Virus record (IMG/VR): IMGVR_UViG_3300029823_000290 | Coordinates: 1-59,649 of that record | From: a virus | Lineage: Duplodnaviria > Caudoviricetes | Length of the DNA stretch: 59,649 bases | Strand: one strand, 5' to 3' | Part shown: positions 47,890 to 56,246 of the stretch, piece after piece | Position numbering within the stretch: the stretch's first letter is position 1 | Layout: each line of letters begins with the position of its first letter | Notes under the pieces: generated by a model | Seen by the model: only the letters and a program-made list of their open reading frames with translations | Told to the model about the DNA's origin: nothing | Databases searched by the model: none | Program-made: the position numbers and the translations under genes

Positions 47890-48786
47890 TTAAACCACCT
47901 CTATCCTTCGGTCGGGCCCTCCCAGCTTCCACAGCTGGCAGTGCTTTATTAACCGGCTGTAGATGGCCGGGCCGTGATTTGCTCCGAACCGTATTTCTAT
48001 TTCCGGCAGGGTAAAGTTTGATGCTATCACCAGCGGTAGGCCGGCGCGGATCCGGTAATCGATTATGAAATAAAACTTCTCTCCAGCCCATTCCGGATCT
48101 CTTAATCGTTCTTTACCAAAATCATCTAAAAGCAAGATATCAGCGTTTTTGTATTTATATAATACTTGGTCTTCTGATCGCTTGGCTCCATCCTGGTATG
48201 TTGCTCTGATTTCCTGCAGCAGTTCAACGGTTTGTGCATATATTGGATTCCGGCCGGCGCTCGCAAAACGGTTTACCAAACAATGCAGCACATAGCTTTT
48301 ACCAGTTCCATTTCCGCCGGGATTCTGTTTAGTCCGATCACCATAGATATAAATACCGGCCGGTTTCCGGGTATCCCAGGTTTGCAGAAACTTATATAAC
48401 TGCCCATTATGCTTGTCTAAAATAGCTGTATTAAATTTATGATTGACTTCGTTCCCGATTAAACCGCTTTGTTTAATTGCTTCACGGTATGCCTTTTCTT
48501 TCAGACATTGCCGGGTATCGTACTGGATTCTATGTAATTCCGGTTCCCCTAATATCTCTGTGAACTGGCCGCCATTCTCTCTGCATTTCGTGCATTTGTC
48601 AGGTGGATTGGCCTCGGAATAAATAACATATAACCGGGGTTCTGATTTAAATGGACAATCATTTGGATTATGTACCGCTATCTCTTGTAACGGACTGGCA
48701 TTGAGCCGTTCTAAGTGCAATACGCTCATCTGCCGCACTCTCTCGCCGTATTGATCCCATGTTTCCTGTTGACGCCTGGCGTTCAT
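47890..48786 (-). CDS. DnaC/IstB-like helicase loader ATPase
   Basis: GNGTGKS, LLLDDFGKE, IIDYR, ASN and YSRL motifs. Confidence 0.88.
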   Translation of the reverse strand: MNARRQQETWDQYGERVRQMSVLHLERLNASPLQEIAVHNPNDCPFKSEPRLYVIYSEANPPDKCTKCRENGGQFTEILGEPELHRIQYDTRQCLKEKAYREAIKQSGLIGNEVNHKFNTAILDKHNGQLYKFLQTWDTRKPAGIYIYGDRTKQNPGGNGTGKSYVLHCLVNRFASAGRNPIYAQTVELLQEIRATYQDGAKRSEDQVLYKYKNADILLLDDFGKERLRDPEWAGEKFYFIIDYRIRAGLPLVIASNFTLPEIEIRFGANHGPAIYSRLIKHCQLWKLGGPDRRIEVV

Positions 48787-49648
48787 TGCCCTTCCCCCTT
48801 TCCTGCTGGAGTAATTCGTCATCGAGGTAATCTAAAAACGGTTTATTAGGACCTAAAAAAGTTTTAGCCTGTTTAATAAATTTCTCAGCTGTACTTAACT
48901 GGTTACATTCGGCAGCATATCTTTCAGCTGCTATCAACATATCCCGGGGCAGGTGTCCTTCTTTTTTACGGGTTAGCCAGCACTTAAACGCCGCTTGTTT
49001 TTCTTTGTGCCGGGGGTAAGCTTTCCAAAATATCTCAAATTCTTCGGGATATTCGGTACCTTTGCCAGTCTCTGCATCTGCTTCAGACTGCGCTCCCTCA
49101 TCTCCAGGAAACAAGTTCTCAGCCGGGGTTCCCGAACATTCACTTGTGCTGTCAGGCACGCAAGAATTATTGGTTCCAGTTTGGGTTCCGGTTATAGTTC
49201 CGGTTATAGTTCCGGTTATACCCGGACACGTCCCGGACTTGTCCCGGACAACATAGTGGCTTTTGCGTCTACTGTCCCCCTGAACCCACTCAATCCATGG
49301 CGGTAGTGGTATACTGGCTTTAGAAGGAGGTGTTGGTTTATCTAACGTTTGATGTTTATGAAAATTGGATATAAATAGATAATCTTTATCTGCTACTTGA
49401 TAAGGCTCTAACTTTTTTTCGCTAACCAACTCATTTCTCCATTGGCTGATAATGTCGAGAGTGACATCATTATCAACAGGTGATGGAAATAGACTTATTT
49501 TAAAAGCAAATACTGAATCTTCTATGCACCCGCTATCATCAGCCAACTGGACAAGGCCAAGATAAAACCACCGTTTTTCACGCGGCCACTGAAGTATATC
49601 AGGATCCGTCCAAAAAGTTGCTTTTATCTGTCGATTATGTAACCTCAT
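48668..49648 (-). CDS. Phage replication initiator protein
   Basis: RQIKATFW...ADDSG...NFHKHQ N-domain; FEIFWKAYPR..K..A and AKTFL C-domain. Confidence 0.85.
   Translation of the reverse strand: MRLHNRQIKATFWTDPDILQWPREKRWFYLGLVQLADDSGCIEDSVFAFKISLFPSPVDNDVTLDIISQWRNELVSEKKLEPYQVADKDYLFISNFHKHQTLDKPTPPSKASIPLPPWIEWVQGDSRRKSHYVVRDKSGTCPGITGTITGTITGTQTGTNNSCVPDSTSECSGTPAENLFPGDEGAQSEADAETGKGTEYPEEFEIFWKAYPRHKEKQAAFKCWLTRKKEGHLPRDMLIAAERYAAECNQLSTAEKFIKQAKTFLGPNKPFLDYLDDELLQQERGKGNERQASTGNMGSIRRESAADERIALRTAQCQSVTRDSGT
49173..49249. repeat. Iteron-like repeats (probable phage ori)
   Basis: GTTCCGGTTATA x3 (49185-49220) plus a degenerate copy, then CCCGGAC x3 at an 11-bp period. Confidence 0.7.
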
Positions 49649-49683
49649 GAGTTACCCCCTACTATCAATAAGTGCCGCCGCTA

Positions 49684-49890
49684 CTATGCAACCTCATAAC
49701 CGCGCTGCTTTAGTTCTTTTTGTTCCGCTGCTTTCCACCCCAGGCAGCCCAGCATTTCTTTTGGCCATCTGGTTTTACCATCAAGTCTGCAATGAGGCCT
49801 TATTGTTCTTTTAGTGATTAATATTTCTTCCAGTGTGCTCTCGGGAATCCAAAACCTGCAGGTACCGCAACAGCGCTCTATACCTTCCAT
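49684..49890 (-). CDS. Small Cys-containing hypothetical protein
   Basis: AAGGAGG RBS; CCGTCRFW motif. Confidence 0.6.
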   Translation of the reverse strand: MEGIERCCGTCRFWIPESTLEEILITKRTIRPHCRLDGKTRWPKEMLGCLGWKAAEQKELKQRGYEVA

Positions 49891-49976
49891 TGAATTGCCT
49901 CCTTCCCCCCCCCCCGAAAAAGATCGGGCTGTTCCGCATCTTGCCAACCTGTATGAGTTAGTATCATAACCTTCAT
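49878..49976 (-). CDS. 32-aa micro-ORF spanning a G11 tract
   Basis: GGGGGTG RBS; MKVMILTHTGWQDAEQPDLFRGGGKEAIQWKV. Confidence 0.35.
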   Translation of the reverse strand: MKVMILTHTGWQDAEQPDLFRGGGKEAIQWKV

Positions 49977-49988
49977 GGCATTCACCCC

Positions 49989-50906
49989 CTAAAGCCTGGC
50001 TGACATCTGACTAATCAGCTCAAGTGTGGCATGCTTGTATTTTTCTCCGGTCCCAGGATCCGCCTGCTCGATTTCGGCCAGAGATGTTAGGAGCTGCCTG
50101 AAATCGGCAACCAACACTTTGAAACAATCGGAATACTTTTCAATCTGCCGATTCTGTTTCAGCTGCCGGAGTTCGGCTAGTTCGTTTTCTATCTCTTCCG
50201 GAAGCTTGTCAACAACTGCCGCTGCCTGAACATCAACAGGCTTGCTAATTAACTGTTTATTCAGATCATCTATCTCTTCGTTTGCATGAAGCAACTGGGC
50301 GTCGGCCTCTTCAAGTTCAGCCTTCAGTTTTTCTATTTTATCCTCATTGCCGGCCGTTTTGGCCTCGGCAAGAGATGTCTGCAATTTATCAATCTCCTGC
50401 TTAGCTTGTTGCTGTGCCTTTTTAAGTTCCTCAGCTGCACGATTGGCATCCTGTAACTTTTTGTCAGATTCTTCTTTGGCTTTGATGGCCTGATCGCGCT
50501 CTTTAATGGCTTGTTGGAGCTCCCGGGTGGACATATTGTCTATGTCATGCTCCTCTATAAACTTTTCGCGCTCATCGGCCGGAACTCCCAAGAGTGCAAC
50601 GGCCTGAGTATAAGATAAACTTCCAATCGCTTGGGATTTTGCTTCAGAGCCAAACAAGGACAATTGGGTGGCTCCATACTCCTCAAAAATCCTCATTAAA
50701 TTGTTGGCGGTCGATTGGGAATAATCGACTGAGGTTTCAAGCCATTTTCCCCATTCGCCATGGGGCAGCATTTCTTTGGCTTCCACCAGCCGGCGGCCGA
50801 TTTCTATACTGTTGCAAAGCACCATTATCCGCGTTTGACTTTTAATGCTGTTTATCTCCGTGGCAATCATATCCGGAGTCCGACTTATCGCAACGGCGGT
50901 ACTCAT
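49989..50906 (-). CDS. DUF3102 domain protein
   Basis: IEIGRRLVEAKEMLPHGEWGKWL, STANNLM and MSTRELQ motifs. Confidence 0.88.
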   Translation of the reverse strand: MSTAVAISRTPDMIATEINSIKSQTRIMVLCNSIEIGRRLVEAKEMLPHGEWGKWLETSVDYSQSTANNLMRIFEEYGATQLSLFGSEAKSQAIGSLSYTQAVALLGVPADEREKFIEEHDIDNMSTRELQQAIKERDQAIKAKEESDKKLQDANRAAEELKKAQQQAKQEIDKLQTSLAEAKTAGNEDKIEKLKAELEEADAQLLHANEEIDDLNKQLISKPVDVQAAAVVDKLPEEIENELAELRQLKQNRQIEKYSDCFKVLVADFRQLLTSLAEIEQADPGTGEKYKHATLELISQMSARL

Positions 50907-50930
50907 AAATTTAATCTCCCCTTCCCACGG

Positions 50931-52520
50931 TTAGGCCGGTACCCTAATTCTTACTGCAACCTTTTGAGTATCAGTCCTTAACTTCGCGTTCTTGAAGTCT
51001 TCAATAAATTTAGTTACTTTTTTATCTGGCTGGCAGTTATTTAACCCTCGCACCTGTATTACTGTATCCTTCACTATTTCCACGGTATAATAAGGCTTAT
51101 CCGGATTTTCCTTCTTGCGAATGAACATGATCGTGGTTTTACCGGCAGCATATCTATCAGCATAGGTCCCTACGCAGTGGTTCAGTGATCGTCCTTCGTT
51201 AATTAATTCCTTGGTGTTGGCAGCTGCCCGGATTATTAATCCATACTTTGTAAATCCATACTTTGTGTTTATGTGCCCACTCCTGGCCTTTACTTTTTCA
51301 TCCAGCAGTTTATTACCATGAATTTTTACCTGCTTGATTGTATTTTGGTGAGCTTTATATAAATCCCGGGGAAAAAGTACATTTTTCTTGGTAATATCCA
51401 TCTGCAGCTTTTGACAGTCGGCATAATAATCCAGCCAGTATCTAGCAACATCACTTTGATTGTAAAAAACATGTCGATAATGGCCATTCTTTTGGGCTTT
51501 CTCCTTCTCTCGTTGCTGTTTACTGAGTTTAAGCTGTTGGTTTATATATTTATCAGCCTGCCTAAGAGAAGTATGTTTGAGAATCATTCTAAAATTTTTA
51601 GTGAAATACAGTTTCTTTGCTATCTCAGTGATCTCATCAAAATTCAGGTTGGAACCGTCTTTTTGTGATATCTGATATAAACATAGAGTCAAGGGGTCAA
51701 GGTCAATATTTGCCTTCTTAATTTCTTTCAGGTCTTTTTTAGTTAGCTTAAGGACCTTAAGTAAAGTGTTTCCCCGCCAGTTAATTGCTCCATATGTGGC
51801 ATACCCGTTAAGTTTGTCCCGGATAAGTCCCTGAAAACCGAGCTTAGTAAGGTATTCAATGCAGGGATACTTTGAATATAGATTGAAAAATAATTCCGTA
51901 GGAAAATTAAAATACTCTTCGATGGTGCTGTACTGAAATGGAGTTCCTTTTATAGCTGTCTTAATGCTTTCATAAGAAGTACGATGAAATCTTATTCTTT
52001 GGACATAAGTCTGATTAAACATGGAGAATATTCCGGCACGCTTTTGCCAGTCTTCCCATGTTTTCATTGTTTTTTCCGCAGAATAATATCCATACCTGGT
52101 AAACATGATGCTATTACCCATTTCAAATATATAACGTGCTGTTTCTAAATACTGGGTTTTCACCCGCCTGTAATCTCCGCTATAATCTCGTACTGCCAAA
52201 ATCCCTCTGGCTACTATTGCTTGCGGATTTTTAGCTGATTTTTCGTAGTATAAAAAATAGGCATCGTCCACCAAGTGTTTTCTTCCCCGGCCGCTGGACT
52301 TGACTGTACATAAACTTTTGCAAAATGGGCATTCAAATTTATCATTATGGATAAGCTTGGTTTTGAATTCATTGTGGCAGTTGGTGCAGTATCCGTATTG
52401 CTGCTTGCCTTCGCGCCAGGTGAATATATATCGACTCAATTTGAATACCGTTTCTGTTGCATACTGCTCTATTTCTTTGCTTATATCCGGGATAAAATGT
52501 TCCATGTATTCCTCGTACAT
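50931..52520 (-). CDS. PcfJ-like protein
   Basis: DYYADC, FPRDLYKAH, ELINEGRSLNHCVGTY and QVRGLNN motifs. Confidence 0.88.
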   Translation of the reverse strand: MYEEYMEHFIPDISKEIEQYATETVFKLSRYIFTWREGKQQYGYCTNCHNEFKTKLIHNDKFECPFCKSLCTVKSSGRGRKHLVDDAYFLYYEKSAKNPQAIVARGILAVRDYSGDYRRVKTQYLETARYIFEMGNSIMFTRYGYYSAEKTMKTWEDWQKRAGIFSMFNQTYVQRIRFHRTSYESIKTAIKGTPFQYSTIEEYFNFPTELFFNLYSKYPCIEYLTKLGFQGLIRDKLNGYATYGAINWRGNTLLKVLKLTKKDLKEIKKANIDLDPLTLCLYQISQKDGSNLNFDEITEIAKKLYFTKNFRMILKHTSLRQADKYINQQLKLSKQQREKEKAQKNGHYRHVFYNQSDVARYWLDYYADCQKLQMDITKKNVLFPRDLYKAHQNTIKQVKIHGNKLLDEKVKARSGHINTKYGFTKYGLIIRAAANTKELINEGRSLNHCVGTYADRYAAGKTTIMFIRKKENPDKPYYTVEIVKDTVIQVRGLNNCQPDKKVTKFIEDFKNAKLRTDTQKVAVRIRVPA

Positions 52521-52536
52521 ATTTAATCACCAGCCT

Positions 52537-52899
52537 TTACAGAAGATCTTCCAACCGGATATCAAAATCCACGATGCTAGGGCCCTCCGCCTTTTGTGCC
52601 GGTGGAGTTAGCTCAACAGATGGCGCTATTTTTGCATGTTCAATGCCGAAGTATTTTAAGACTATTTCGAACCCTTCCTGATCCGTGAGGACCGCACAGC
52701 TTCCGACTTTTTTCTTTTCAGCTGCCTTCCGCATTGCGTCTAAACTTTTAGCGATTGACTTATCATCTGCCAATATTTTTTCAGCTGATTCCGGATTGGA
52801 CTGCAGGTGCTGCAGCAGGAATCCACCCACCACCTGGACATATGAATTACTATCCTTCTCCATTTCCGCCTTAAGCTTCTTTATTGCCTGATTAAGCAT
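52537..52899 (-). CDS. PcfK-like protein
   Basis: KSIAKSL..MRKAAEKK...LTDQEGFEIVLKYFG; upstream of PcfJ. Confidence 0.75.
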   Translation of the reverse strand: MLNQAIKKLKAEMEKDSNSYVQVVGGFLLQHLQSNPESAEKILADDKSIAKSLDAMRKAAEKKKVGSCAVLTDQEGFEIVLKYFGIEHAKIAPSVELTPPAQKAEGPSIVDFDIRLEDLL

Positions 52900-53398
52900 A
52901 TTGCACCTCCTCAGGTGGTTGCCAGTTCCAGAGCCGCTGATGACCCTTGACCTCGATAGGTGTAACCAGCTGGTGCACGTTCTCCAGCTGCCAAGCGTAC
53001 CGGCCCGGTGTCCAGTTACCAAATAGTATTTCGTCACCCTCAACATTGCCCGTTTTACCGCTAGCCTCTATACATCTAGCATCTCCGACCTTTGGATATA
53101 CGGTGTAATATCTGTCGACTATCTTCCAACACTCGACCAGTTCTGCTATAGCAATAACGCATCCCCGCGGCAAAGAGCAAAGAGCGTCAACGGTTCTTAT
53201 GTCGGCTGGGAAACCCAGCACTTCCGCGGATCGTATTGCAACATCAACAGGCGGATAAGCAACAAGGTGCGGTTTTTTCGTCGCTGCGTGAATAGCTATT
53301 GGGCCTCGGTACGATGTTGCCCAGCTCCGGGTTTCGTATTTTTTCGCGCCGATAGCAACCAGTGAAGCCCAAGGCTGCCAAAGAGTAATTGCTTTCAT
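52892..53398 (-). CDS. ASCH domain protein
   Basis: KAITLWQPWASL..GAKKYETRSW..YRGPIAIHA and GHQRLW motifs. Confidence 0.9.
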   Translation of the reverse strand: MKAITLWQPWASLVAIGAKKYETRSWATSYRGPIAIHAATKKPHLVAYPPVDVAIRSAEVLGFPADIRTVDALCSLPRGCVIAIAELVECWKIVDRYYTVYPKVGDARCIEASGKTGNVEGDEILFGNWTPGRYAWQLENVHQLVTPIEVKGHQRLWNWQPPEEVQYA

Positions 53399-53401
53399 TA
53401 T

Positions 53402-53752
53402 TTAAGCCGCCCCCTTCCGCTGCGCCTGATATTCAACCTCCGTGGCCAGCTCGAAGTCAACCACCCAGACCAACTGATGTGGATCCCAGCGGCCGTTAAT
53501 CTTTTTCCATATTTTTCGGTACCCGGGGATATGAGGATATCCTTCCCGGCACGCATCTTGGTCAGTAATCTGCCCCAAAAATTCCTGGCGCAGGCCTGTA
53601 ATCAGCAGATATGCAAATGGTTCTGATCCCCTATGGCCGGTTTTGGCCTGATATATTTTTCCAACCTTCCAGCGTTTCTTCCCAGTCCGCCGGGTCTGGG
53701 TTTTCTTTCTCCGGAGAATCATCTGAGCGTGTTCGGGTTTAAACAACATCAC
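53402..53752 (-). CDS. ASCH domain protein
   Basis: FKPEH..ILRRKKTQTRR, ITDQDACREG and WVVDFE motifs. Confidence 0.85.
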   Translation of the reverse strand: MMLFKPEHAQMILRRKKTQTRRTGKKRWKVGKIYQAKTGHRGSEPFAYLLITGLRQEFLGQITDQDACREGYPHIPGYRKIWKKINGRWDPHQLVWVVDFELATEVEYQAQRKGAA

Positions 53753-53779
53753 TTCGCGGTCACCTCCAGTTCCCTTACA

Positions 53780-54085
53780 TCACTTTTCAAAATCATATGG
53801 CAGTCTAATAGTATAACCATGCAATCTGCCTTCTTTTTCTTCTCCTTGAGGAAGATACCTTTCCTTAGTAATAACAACTTCTTTTACGATCCATGTAGCA
53901 ATACTGATATTGCCGAGATATAATTCAACGAATATGTGTGGTTCATCGCTTCCGATAAACTTAAATATCACAATCTTAGATATAACGTTTTCACGAAAAA
54001 TGGCACCGTTCATATACACTCCTAAGCCTTTTCCAACATTCTGAACATGTGGTATATCGCCAATGCTTTCGATAGTGTATTTCAT
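53780..54085 (-). CDS. Hypothetical protein
   Basis: GAGGAGG RBS; AT-rich. Confidence 0.6.
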   Translation of the reverse strand: MKYTIESIGDIPHVQNVGKGLGVYMNGAIFRENVISKIVIFKFIGSDEPHIFVELYLGNISIATWIVKEVVITKERYLPQGEEKEGRLHGYTIRLPYDFEK

Positions 54086-54141
54086 TAAGATATCCTCCTC
54101 ACTTTCTGACGTCTCGGGTTGTTACGAAAACAAACTATTCC

Positions 54142-54630
54142 CTACTCGCCTATAAATAGTCCCGTCACAGCCAAAAACAGCAATACCTGCACCGTCGGCC
54201 TGTTTAGAAAGACTCGTACCTTGTTCCATATTCTCAAGTGAAAAGGTCTGTTTAATTGCTTAAGAGCTGCGCTGGTTACGTCTATATAGGCAATTTTGCC
54301 CTGCTTTTTCAACTGGCTATATTCCCAATCGATCAGATGTTGAGCCTGTCCCGAATAATAACTATCAAAGCCTACTGCTCTTCTCGTCAAATGATATTCC
54401 TCCCCTCGAATGGAGCCTGGCCGGGGGGATTCGAACCCCCCGCTTGCCTCTCCCTGTGCCAGGGAGTGGTCGGACCTACCACCGGCATAGCTCCCCAGCT
54501 TTTCAAACAATTGATCACGTTCTTCCTGGAGATCTTTAATTATGTTCAACAAATTGTCTATACTTCTCTCGATCTGGCGATCTTCATTGAGGTTATTCAC
54601 CACGTCACCAACTTTATGTTTTGCCCCCAC
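54142..54630 (-). CDS. Hypothetical ORF with a C-terminal TM helix; may be two small genes joined through a tRNA-like element
   Basis: Internal GGAGG + TTG restart near 54390; start uncertain. Confidence 0.45.
   Translation of the reverse strand: MGAKHKVGDVVNNLNEDRQIERSIDNLLNIIKDLQEERDQLFEKLGSYAGGRSDHSLAQGEASGGFESPRPGSIRGEEYHLTRRAVGFDSYYSGQAQHLIDWEYSQLKKQGKIAYIDVTSAALKQLNRPFHLRIWNKVRVFLNRPTVQVLLFLAVTGLFIGE
54411..54494 (-). tRNA. Non-canonical tRNA-like element (Cys-like: GCA anticodon, U discriminator, CCA)
   Basis: T arm GGGGGG-TTCGAAT-CCCCCC; anticodon arm CTCCC-TGGCACA-GGGAG; D arm TGGT/ACCA; imperfect acceptor stem; 3' TCCA. Confidence 0.5.
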
Positions 54631-54667
54631 CTGCCCAAGCTGGGGTCAGATGGGGGCGGATGTTAAT

Positions 54668-54913
54668 TTACTGGTTATCGGTCTCAGCAGCTGCTGCCAC
54701 CATGGCATTTATACATCTTTCGCAATGGTGTAGATGTCCGCACCAAGGGCAGATCAAATAATCATACTTTTCTCTGAGCGGTGCCATTTCCGCATAGCCG
54801 CGATCTACGCAGATTGCGGTCGCTTCCGTTATTGCATCGGTTATGGCGTTATCAGGCATGTTGTAATCCGCCCGCAACCGGTTTTTAAATTCTTGTCTAT
54901 AGTCTTTATCCAT
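54668..54913 (-). CDS. Hypothetical Zn-finger protein
   Basis: CPWCGH..HCERC; AGGGG RBS. Confidence 0.6.
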   Translation of the reverse strand: MDKDYRQEFKNRLRADYNMPDNAITDAITEATAICVDRGYAEMAPLREKYDYLICPWCGHLHHCERCINAMVAAAAETDNQ

Positions 54914-54934
54914 ACTCTCGTCCCCTTTCGTGCC

Positions 54935-55017
54935 TTGCCCCTTGTCCGGGGCTGTGGTATACTTTGTGTTAAGAAGTTTTTATCTGGCCGCTTGATTAGC
55001 GGTCTTTTTCTTTTTTA
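54935..55017 (+). ncRNA. Putative short antisense RNA (promoter plus terminator)
   Basis: TTGCCC-17 bp-TATACT with extended TG, then the GGCCGC/GCGGTC hairpin and a T tract. Confidence 0.5.
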
Positions 55018-55502
55018 TCTAAGAGATAATTGATTAATCCCAACCGATAAGTATCATCCAACTCGCAAATCAGGTTCAAATCGGCTCGAATGCGATCACA
55101 TGTTTCTCTACCTGCTTTTCGAACCATTTCTAATTCTTGGCTACTTAAATCCTCCGGTTTTTGTTTATCAAGGATAATGAACGGAATTTGTTTCAGCGCT
55201 GCGTCTGCTTCCTGGTCCTCTTTCTCAACTCTGCGAATCAGCGTTTGTGGATGCCTGTCCCCTGATATGAAACTAAAAAGCTTGTACCCGGTGGCTTCCA
55301 TTGCTACTGCCAGTCCGGCCAGAATGCTCACGGAAGCAATTTTTTCTCTGGCATCCTGGGGTATTTTACGTTTTCCATTCATCGCTAAATAGTAAGCATC
55401 CACGGAATAATTAGTTTCGGCTGCAAGTGCTTTTGTGGGTGTGCCGGAACGGAATAATGCTTCTTTTAACATTTCTCCTGCATGGTTTTCAGCTACTGAC
55501 AT
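54996..55502 (-). CDS. Phage regulatory protein with an N-terminal HTH (CII-like position)
   Basis: TKALAAETNYSVDAYYLAMNGKRKIP; AGGAGG RBS. Confidence 0.7.
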   Translation of the reverse strand: MSVAENHAGEMLKEALFRSGTPTKALAAETNYSVDAYYLAMNGKRKIPQDAREKIASVSILAGLAVAMEATGYKLFSFISGDRHPQTLIRRVEKEDQEADAALKQIPFIILDKQKPEDLSSQELEMVRKAGRETCDRIRADLNLICELDDTYRLGLINYLLDKKEKDR

Positions 55503-55592
55503 CTTATCTTCACCTCCTCTCTGTCATAATTAACCAGTTTGATACGACAAGATTTGCTGGTATGTTATAGAAAAGATCTTTATTAAACTGAA

Positions 55593-55779
55593 TCAGGCTA
55601 TATTATGTTCTTTGCGATAGTTATCGCAGAACTCAATGAAATGAGGGTATTTGCTTAGTTTTTCGGCGTAGAGCTTGCCTAAAAAGGCAACCTCTGGACG
55701 GGGGTCATCGGGTAGGGGTTCAATTCGCTCTTCCAATAACTCACCTTTGAGTGTTTTACGTATTGTTACGCGGGCCATC
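55593..55779 (-). CDS. Hypothetical protein
   Basis: AGGAGG RBS; follows cro; start approximate. Confidence 0.5.
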
Positions 55780-55861
55780 ACTAACATAAGATCCCTCCTG
55801 ATTATCAGCATTAGGTCTATCTCCTTAGGTTTAGATTTCTACAGCAGAGGTAATACTGGGG

Positions 55862-56095
55862 TTAACCATCCGTACCGGTATACTGTTTTGGCAACATATC
55901 GTGTCCTTTTTCTTCAAAAAAAATTTCTTCAATTGATACCCCATAGTAATCGGCGATTTTTTGGGCAAGCTTAAGAGAAGGATTACGTTTCCCAGATTCA
56001 ATGGCACCAAGCATTTGTCTAGTAATACCTAAATCGTCGGCTACAGAAGTTTTTGTTTTATTATCTCGTAGTTCTATCATTTTCTTATTTATCAA
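55862..56095 (-). CDS. Cro-like Xre HTH regulator
   Basis: VADDLGITRQMLGAIESGKRNPSL; TTG start after AAGGAGG. Confidence 0.9.
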   Translation of the reverse strand: MINKKMIELRDNKTKTSVADDLGITRQMLGAIESGKRNPSLKLAQKIADYYGVSIEEIFFEEKGHDMLPKQYTGTDG

Positions 56096-56113
56096 TTTAT
56101 TCGCCTCCTTAAT

Positions 56114-56225
56114 GGACACTGTTTGTTTCCGTTATTAAAAGTATATGGAAACATATAGTGTCTGTCAAGTATTTTGTAACTTTTTGTGTCCAAGGTAGAC
56201 CTAGAAACTTATTGTTTCCTATAAT
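56114..56225. promoter_or_regulatory. Immunity switch: divergent promoters and four 17-bp operators
   Basis: Leftward TTGACA-17-TATACT (56168-56140); rightward TAGACC-18-TATAAT; operators resembling GGA(A/C)AC-N5-GT(G/T)TCC at 56114, 56147, 56175 and 56203. Confidence 0.8.
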
Positions 56226-56246
56226 TAGCGATAGGAGGTATTTTAA

